Sequence record: PV636258.1
Source: a phage
DNA length: 64,000 nt
Reading direction: 5' to 3' (one strand)
A model generated the notes under the pieces. That model did not search any database. It saw only the letters and a program-made list of their open reading frames with translations, and had not been told where the DNA came from. The stretch's first letter is position 1; the number at the start of each line of letters is the position of its first letter. Position numbers and translations under genes: made by a program. Positions 58,612-64,000 of this stretch are shown here, piece after piece.

Positions 58612-59415
58612 ATGAATTTACCATCATTGCCCAAAACTGAGAGAACACATAAAAGTGATTTCTGGCCGACTGTGATCAAATACCGCGCCTTTACAGCAGG
58701 GCAACAGACCATGTTACTTCAGGTTGCTGATCCGAACACTCCTATGGGTGAGCGCGTGGCAACATTGGAGCAACTATTTGACAGTTGTGTTGATGCTGGC
58801 GTTCCCTTTAGTAAACTGCCAATCGGTGTTACTGAAGAAGTATTTTTAAAGATGCGCTGTATATCTATCGGCGAGGTCATGAAGATACGTTACAAATGTA
58901 ACAATAAAGTTCAAGCCGACACAAATGAAGGTGAAGAACCAGTTTCTGGTGTTAAAGATTGTGGCCAAGAGCTTGTGTTACCGATCCCGCTCAATCAGGT
59001 AAAATGCGTGTCCCCAGAAGGCTTCAGGGAGACGTTTGATCTACCAGGTGGTTATCATATAAAGATGCGCCAGCCGTCCTTCTCGGATGCCTCAGTGCTT
59101 AATGAAGCATCCTCTGTTGAACAAATGATTGCCACCTTTATCGATTGCCTGTATGACGACGATGGTCAGGTTTGGAAGGTGGAAAATCCGGCTGAACCTG
59201 GTATCAATCCAGAAGTTGCTAAAGAACGCCAACGCATTAAGGATGAATTTGTCAAATGGGTTGGGGACAATATCGAATCTGAGATTGTTCAGGACATTTC
59301 GAATGATTTCTTTAAAAAGATTCCGCGTATTCGTTACGCGACAAAAATTAAATGCCCTTCGTGTGGGAAAGAACACGAAGTCAAATTTAACAGTGTCACC
59401 GAGATTTTCATTTAA
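58612..59415 (+). CDS. putative baseplate protein with C-terminal zinc ribbon
   Basis: 267-aa ORF with GGAG RBS upstream of gp5-like gene; C-terminal KCPSCGKEHE; function by context. Confidence 0.45.
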   Translation: MNLPSLPKTERTHKSDFWPTVIKYRAFTAGQQTMLLQVADPNTPMGERVATLEQLFDSCVDAGVPFSKLPIGVTEEVFLKMRCISIGEVMKIRYKCNNKVQADTNEGEEPVSGVKDCGQELVLPIPLNQVKCVSPEGFRETFDLPGGYHIKMRQPSFSDASVLNEASSVEQMIATFIDCLYDDDGQVWKVENPAEPGINPEVAKERQRIKDEFVKWVGDNIESEIVQDISNDFFKKIPRIRYATKIKCPSCGKEHEVKFNSVTEIFI

Positions 59416-59564
59416 TTTTTGAAATTGATTTACTCTCCTATTTTGTGATGTGTGACGAATTAAAGGCACACGGCTATAGCATATTTGAAATCAGTGAATC
59501 GATGCCGTGGCATCTTGATTTGCTTACCGAGACACTGAAAATTAGATTGTCTAAGAAATCTTCC

Positions 59565-59590
59565 AACCCCACGTAATGTGGGGTTTTCTT
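59565..59590 (+). terminator. intrinsic terminator
   Basis: AACCCCACGTAATGTGGGGTTTTCTT. Confidence 0.55.
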
Positions 59591-59921
59591 CGCTTACCTG
59601 TATTACCGTTTAAGAAAGGATTGTTTAACCCGAAATTGCTATATCACCATTGTTCCTGATATGAATGTTGTGTAAATCTGGTTTGAATTTGTTTTGAAAC
59701 AAAAATAATGCTTTTCTACGCATGTTCTGAGGTGTACAGTATTTTCCTCGCCTTTATGCCTCCATGGCATTGGAATGGGACTGCCTGTCAAGGCGGTGTT
59801 ACGAGCTTCAGCGAGTAGGAACGAAAAGAACAAAGGTTGAACGGAAGCAGAGCTTCCTATAATATATTATTCGACAGATTTCAAATCCCCGCCATAAATA
59901 TCACATGATTCTAATTGACTA

Positions 59922-61547
59922 ATGGGTTTCAATATGTTAGACAACTTGCGTTGGTTTTACGGGCGCGTTGAAGACGTGAATGATCCCGATCAAAACGGGC
60001 GCGTCGCAGTACGCATCTATGGGGTGCACACGGAGGATACCACTCTCCTGCCTACAGAATTATTGCCTTGGGGTAAAATGCTTATGCCAGCATCTAACGC
60101 ATCCTCGGCAGGTTTAGGCTGGTCTCCGACGGGTATCACTGTCGGCTCTGACGTTATGGGGTTTGCTTTGGATGAAGCATATCAGAACATCCGTATTGCA
60201 TGGGTATGGCCAGCAGCAACACCAACAGATGGGTCAGATACAAACCCATTGGCGCTGGGCCAGGTCGTTCAATCTATAGAAAGGCAGAAGTATAATGCCG
60301 TCGAGAATGTTCCTGTTAAGATTGAGGATGAACCACAACCGGATCCACAACCACCAGTAGACGGTTATGATCCTGAGAAGTGGATGACCGTGGCTCGTGG
60401 GGAATTGGGCGTCAAAGAATATTCTGGTAAGTTCAATAACAACCCAAGGATATTGGAATATCATAAGACAACTTCCCTGGGGGCTTCAGAAGATGAAGTT
60501 AGTTGGTGTGCGTCGTTTGTTGGATGGGTTCTGATACAGGCCGGATATACATCAACACGTTCTGCTTTGGCTCGCTCATATCTACAATGGGGGTCTCCTC
60601 TGTCAGAACCACGTTACGGCGCTGTTGTAGTGTTCCGGCGCGGGAACAACCCGACATTCGGTCACGTTGCATTCGTTCAGAAATTTGACGCCAACTACGT
60701 TTGGTGTATCGGGGGAAACCAATCCGATTCTGTGAAGGTGAGCCGTTTTAGCCGCTCATCCGTGTTGGGTTATCGTTGGCCAGGTCCAGCAACTACAGCT
60801 TCAGCAGCTCCGGCACAACAAAACGGTAAATGGTCTGAACCTATTCCAGATCGTACCCCGAAAGTCCAAGAAACACCGCCTCCTTCTGGTCGTGTTCAGG
60901 ATATTGACAACACAGGAGAGGTATCGGTTCCTTCGGCTGGGGGGTCTCGTTATCCATACAACAATGTTATGGCTTCTCGCGCTGGGCATATTATGGAGGT
61001 CGATGACACTCCAGGCGGGGAACGTTTGCATTGGATGCACTCTTCTGGGTCTTATAAGCAAATGCTTCCTGACGGTGATGTTGTTAATAAATCAGTCAAA
61101 GATCATTATGACCTAACGATGTTCGACAAACGTTATTATGTGGGGCGCGATCATAACCTGACTATCGGCGGGACTGAAGTACAGCGTAAGACAGGAGAAG
61201 TTTACCACTTGCACTCTTCTAACTATTCCAATGTGGTCGCTGGAACAGCGTTGATGAAATTTTCCCAATTGGCTGAGATACAGGCACAGAACGTGTTGCG
61301 TCTCATCTGTGAAATGTTTGAAGTGTCTAACACTTTGAAGGTTCCTAAGATACTGGCAACTGAAATAATTTGCGATAAATTATCGGTCGCACAGACTATT
61401 GAAGGCAACATCAAATATGCTGAAGGCGCTGGTCGCGCCGCCTCACGTGCGGGGGCAACTCCTGTAACAACTACAGGCCCAGGTCCAATTGATATAAAAC
61501 CGGAGTTAGAGGATAACGGTGGCAATTTTGGTGGTAAAGGCGCATGA
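59922..61547 (+). CDS. 5: baseplate hub / tail-associated cell-puncturing protein (gp5-like) with CHAP/NlpC-P60-type peptidoglycan hydrolase domain
   Basis: N-terminal OB-domain signature WFYGRVEDVNDPDQNGRVAVRIYGVHT ... LPWGKMLMP as in T4 gp5; central WCASFVGW ... GHVAFV Cys/His hydrolase motif rather than a lysozyme. Confidence 0.75.
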   Translation: MGFNMLDNLRWFYGRVEDVNDPDQNGRVAVRIYGVHTEDTTLLPTELLPWGKMLMPASNASSAGLGWSPTGITVGSDVMGFALDEAYQNIRIAWVWPAATPTDGSDTNPLALGQVVQSIERQKYNAVENVPVKIEDEPQPDPQPPVDGYDPEKWMTVARGELGVKEYSGKFNNNPRILEYHKTTSLGASEDEVSWCASFVGWVLIQAGYTSTRSALARSYLQWGSPLSEPRYGAVVVFRRGNNPTFGHVAFVQKFDANYVWCIGGNQSDSVKVSRFSRSSVLGYRWPGPATTASAAPAQQNGKWSEPIPDRTPKVQETPPPSGRVQDIDNTGEVSVPSAGGSRYPYNNVMASRAGHIMEVDDTPGGERLHWMHSSGSYKQMLPDGDVVNKSVKDHYDLTMFDKRYYVGRDHNLTIGGTEVQRKTGEVYHLHSSNYSNVVAGTALMKFSQLAEIQAQNVLRLICEMFEVSNTLKVPKILATEIICDKLSVAQTIEGNIKYAEGAGRAASRAGATPVTTTGPGPIDIKPELEDNGGNFGGKGA

Positions 61548-61611
61548 TTACACTGGTGAGGGCAGATAATGCCCTCTCGTGCTGGAGAGGCAATATCCAA
61601 AGGGGTTTAAC

Positions 61612-61992
61612 ATGAAAGAGTACAAGGACATTGACCTGAAGTTTGGCATGCATCCGGTCACCAAAGATGTCACTAAGAAAACAGGCATTTATGCTGTACT
61701 ACAATCTGTGCGAAATATCGTGATGTCGACGGTAGGTGATTGGCCGACATATCCGAGTATTGGGGCAGGGTTGTATACCATGTTGGGGGAAAACACAAAT
61801 CCCACGATACAGGTCGACGTGAAGAACAAAGTTGAAGATGCCATTGCTCTTTTTGAGCCAAGAGCTGAATTGCAATCTGTTGATGTATCATTGTCGGACG
61901 ATTATCATTCTCTGGGCGTAACCATCACGTTCTATGTGGTCAACAACCCAGAGCCGATAACAGACACCATATGGTTAAAACGCACAAACTGA
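61612..61992 (+). CDS. 25: baseplate wedge protein (gp25/GPW-like)
   Basis: ORF 61579-61992 trimmed to ATG 61612 (AGGGG RBS); 127 aa, GPW/gp25-like size and pattern. Confidence 0.6.
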   Translation: MKEYKDIDLKFGMHPVTKDVTKKTGIYAVLQSVRNIVMSTVGDWPTYPSIGAGLYTMLGENTNPTIQVDVKNKVEDAIALFEPRAELQSVDVSLSDDYHSLGVTITFYVVNNPEPITDTIWLKRTN

Positions 61993-62331
61993 TTAAGGTG
62001 CGTTGGTATTGGAGCGGTTGGTAATTATTTCAAAATGCGTCAGTAAACGGTACAGTAATTTCCCACCTATTCTATGGACTATGGTGGTTGACTTTAGGTT
62101 AACCACCACACCATCTAGTCTCCCCGTCAACACAAATGTTAAACGAATGCGAAGGATATCACTGCCTTCAGAACGCATTATTTGACAGTCATGGATGTAC
62201 CCTATTTCTTTCCCTTTGAGGACAAGAGGAACATGTGCGCTTTCCTTTAACAGGGTATCTAAATTTTCAAATAAAGGTTCTTCTTTGTTATTGACGGAAT
62301 ACACCGTCTCTAATATCGGGAATTTATACAT
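61993..62331 (-). CDS. hypothetical protein
   Basis: 112-aa ORF convergent with gp25-like gene. Confidence 0.4.
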   Translation of the reverse strand: MYKFPILETVYSVNNKEEPLFENLDTLLKESAHVPLVLKGKEIGYIHDCQIMRSEGSDILRIRLTFVLTGRLDGVVVNLKSTTIVHRIGGKLLYRLLTHFEIITNRSNTNAP

Positions 62332-62332
62332 A

Positions 62333-62794
62333 TCATGGCACCAACGTAATCACAATCATGTTGAGTACCGTATCAACCGCGACACCAGAATCTTCTTCAT
62401 GGATAGTTGATGCACGTAAATGAATGTCAGAAATATAATTGTCTATATGCATCGATGTCAAATAAGGGCGGTGCTGATACACAGGACGGTTGACCTGAAC
62501 ATATTCACGCAGAATGCTAAATGAAAAGTCTTCACATTGAGTGGTGTCAATGCGCAAAAATCTTTGAGCATGGCAGGTCTTTAACTCGGTCACTTTCCCC
62601 AAATAATGGAGGTCTCCGGATGAACCGATACGGAACATCACGTCTACTTCAGATTTGAAAATTTCGCGTTCAATAAGGGTCGCTGGTGCCCAACAAACTT
62701 CTTCCTTGTCTTCTGGGAATAACGTATCGATCACTTCAGGCAATTGGATGTAACCGAAGTTGTGACGAGGGTTGGTCAGTAATTTGTTAGACAT
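62333..62794 (-). CDS. hypothetical protein
   Basis: 153-aa ORF. Confidence 0.4.
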   Translation of the reverse strand: MSNKLLTNPRHNFGYIQLPEVIDTLFPEDKEEVCWAPATLIEREIFKSEVDVMFRIGSSGDLHYLGKVTELKTCHAQRFLRIDTTQCEDFSFSILREYVQVNRPVYQHRPYLTSMHIDNYISDIHLRASTIHEEDSGVAVDTVLNMIVITLVP

Positions 62795-63029
62795 TTTGTG
62801 CCCCTATTACGTGCTCCGAGGCTTGTTCATAAGCTGTACGGAGTTCAAGATAAGAATCGGCTAACAGAGGAGATTTTTCATTGCTTCGGTTCATGATTAT
62901 TTGGTGGTTAACGACAGCACGGCGTAATCTGAGTTCTGCCACCCAGAATGCTTTTTGTTTGGCGTGTCCTGGACGGGCGCGTAGGTCGTGATAATGCATA
63001 GAAGCATGATATATTTCAGAGTTGGTCAT
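62787..63029 (-). CDS. hypothetical protein
   Basis: 80-aa ORF. Confidence 0.35.
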   Translation of the reverse strand: MTNSEIYHASMHYHDLRARPGHAKQKAFWVAELRLRRAVVNHQIIMNRSNEKSPLLADSYLELRTAYEQASEHVIGAQNV

Positions 63030-63104
63030 GATGTAGTACCCGCTTTCAATTTGTGGCGTTGGCCAATGAATTACTGGGAAGTATAAGCGCAGGATTTATA
63101 GAAG

Positions 63105-63129
63105 TAAAGCCCCTCGATGAGGGGCTGGT
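63105..63129 (-). terminator. intrinsic terminator (minus strand)
   Basis: AGCCCCTC gat GAGGGGCT followed on minus strand by TTTACTT. Confidence 0.5.
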
Positions 63130-63133
63130 CGGG

Positions 63134-63520
63134 TTACTTGATGAAGAGTACCAGAGGCAGGTTTGTGCCCTTGTCTACCACGTACAGAGCGTCATCGCCC
63201 TTCTTGAACATCAGCTGGTCGTTCTCGTACATCAGCTGAGCTTTACGGGCGTCGTTTTGGAAATCTTGGTACAGTTCTGGTTCTTCAGATAACAGTTCCG
63301 GGTCGATCAGGTGCACTTCTTTAGATCGCAACTCTTCCTTGGTCAGCGCCGCCCCGTTACGCAGGGCATCACGCAGGGCACGCAGGATAGAGCGCGGGTA
63401 TCTCTCCCCGTGGACGTTAAACGCAAAGGGGACTTGTTTAAGGAACGCTCTGGACTTCGCCAGGCCTTGGATAGGGAAAGAGATGGTGGCTTCTAATACG
63501 GCTGGTGTGTTCAGATACAT
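63134..63520 (-). CDS. hypothetical protein
   Basis: 128-aa ORF bracketed by two hairpins. Confidence 0.4.
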   Translation of the reverse strand: MYLNTPAVLEATISFPIQGLAKSRAFLKQVPFAFNVHGERYPRSILRALRDALRNGAALTKEELRSKEVHLIDPELLSEEPELYQDFQNDARKAQLMYENDQLMFKKGDDALYVVDKGTNLPLVLFIK

Positions 63521-63594
63521 GATATAGTCCTTCTGGTCAAATGTGGCGTTGTTGCCGTGACCTAGAATACTATAAACCAGGTTTTTGAAAAGTA

Positions 63595-63615
63595 AAGCCC
63601 CTGGGTTAGGGGCTT
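63595..63615 (-). terminator. intrinsic terminator (minus strand)
   Basis: AGCCCCTAACCCAGGGGCT then TTTACTTTTC on minus strand. Confidence 0.5.
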
Positions 63616-63622
63616 TGAAAGA

Positions 63623-63847
63623 TCAGCGTTTCAAACTTGCGGCGAGTCCAGTAACGTCGGTCACGGTTTGGTCAGCCAGAACAATCACGGGCATAGACAT
63701 GCGTTGCTTACCAGTGATTTTCTGTAATTCTTCCAGCTTGTAGTCTTTGTCTAGCTTCAGAATTTGGTGTTCAATACCGCGAATGCGACAGATGTTTTCA
63801 GCTTGTAAACATTGCGCACAACCTTGTTTGGAATAAATCGTAATCAT
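63623..63847 (-). CDS. glutaredoxin / NrdH-like redoxin
   Basis: 74 aa; thioredoxin-fold active site YSKQGCAQC (CxxC) near N-terminus. Confidence 0.6.
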   Translation of the reverse strand: MITIYSKQGCAQCLQAENICRIRGIEHQILKLDKDYKLEELQKITGKQRMSMPVIVLADQTVTDVTGLAASLKR

Positions 63848-63857
63848 TTCTCACCTT

Positions 63858-64000
63858 TAGGCAAATTTCAGACCGTCGGAGACTGATCCAGTAAGGACAC
63901 CAGTCAGATAATCAGGGGCTTCCGCTTCCTGTAATGCATATTGCATTGTTTTATTATCTAGCCACTCATTTATCCATGGCACCGGATTGTCTTTACGGGC
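63858..64000 (-). CDS. hypothetical protein, partial (N-terminus beyond window end)
   Basis: Open minus-strand frame from window edge to TAA at 63858-63860; immediately upstream of glutaredoxin-like gene. Confidence 0.4.

Noticed and set aside
59639-59833. Minus-strand 64-aa ORF and possible tRNA in the long intergenic gap
   Set aside because: ORF has no RBS and runs against flanking plus-strand genes; no GTTC-type T-loop, acceptor stem or cloverleaf pattern was recognisable, so no tRNA is called.
1-64000. CRISPR arrays, transposons/IS elements, homing endonucleases and rRNA genes
   Set aside because: No regularly spaced direct repeats, no transposase/integrase-like ORFs, no GIY-YIG or HNH motif proteins and no rRNA-like long non-coding stretch were seen on reading the window.

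Overview
This 64 kb window reads as a contiguous segment of a T4-like (distant Tevenvirinae / possibly Ackermannviridae-like) myovirus genome, densely packed and operonic. All identifications come from reading the supplied translations for motifs; no database search was run. Recognisable replication and recombination genes: family-B DNA polymerase (2243-5239, +), rIIA/rIIB-like pair (14334-18691, +), topoisomerase II large and medium subunits (22857-26103, +), gp59-like helicase loader (39281-39943, -), ATP-dependent DNA ligase (40428-41855, -), gp41-like DnaB helicase (44598-46028, -), UvsX recombinase (46336-47421, -), gp32-like SSB (54793-55824, -) and a RuvC-like resolvase (56926-57525, -). 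Nucleotide-metabolism genes: dCMP deaminase, two MazG-like pyrophosphatases, dNMP kinase, a HAD nucleotidase-like protein, a metallophosphoesterase, a DEDDh exonuclease and a glutaredoxin-like protein. Structural genes: a gp5-like hub protein with a CHAP/NlpC-P60-type domain, a gp25-like wedge protein and a tape-measure/hub-like cluster at 34405-39280. Gene order differs from T4 proper. The most interesting candidate system is a translationally coupled thymidylate-synthase-fold enzyme plus P-loop kinase (49044-50758, -) embedded in the replication operon, which together with the nucleotide-pool genes suggests hydroxymethyl-pyrimidine-based DNA hypermodification. Separately, a QueC-like PP-loop ATPase operon (29671-33739, +) may form a second, undescribed nucleotide-modification module. 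Other leads are NADAR-like and macro-domain proteins (possible ADP-ribosylation reversal / anti-defence), a LemA-like membrane pair, and a recurrent intergenic hairpin element. No rRNA, tRNA, CRISPR array or transposon was found. Most small ORFs are hypothetical with uncertain starts.
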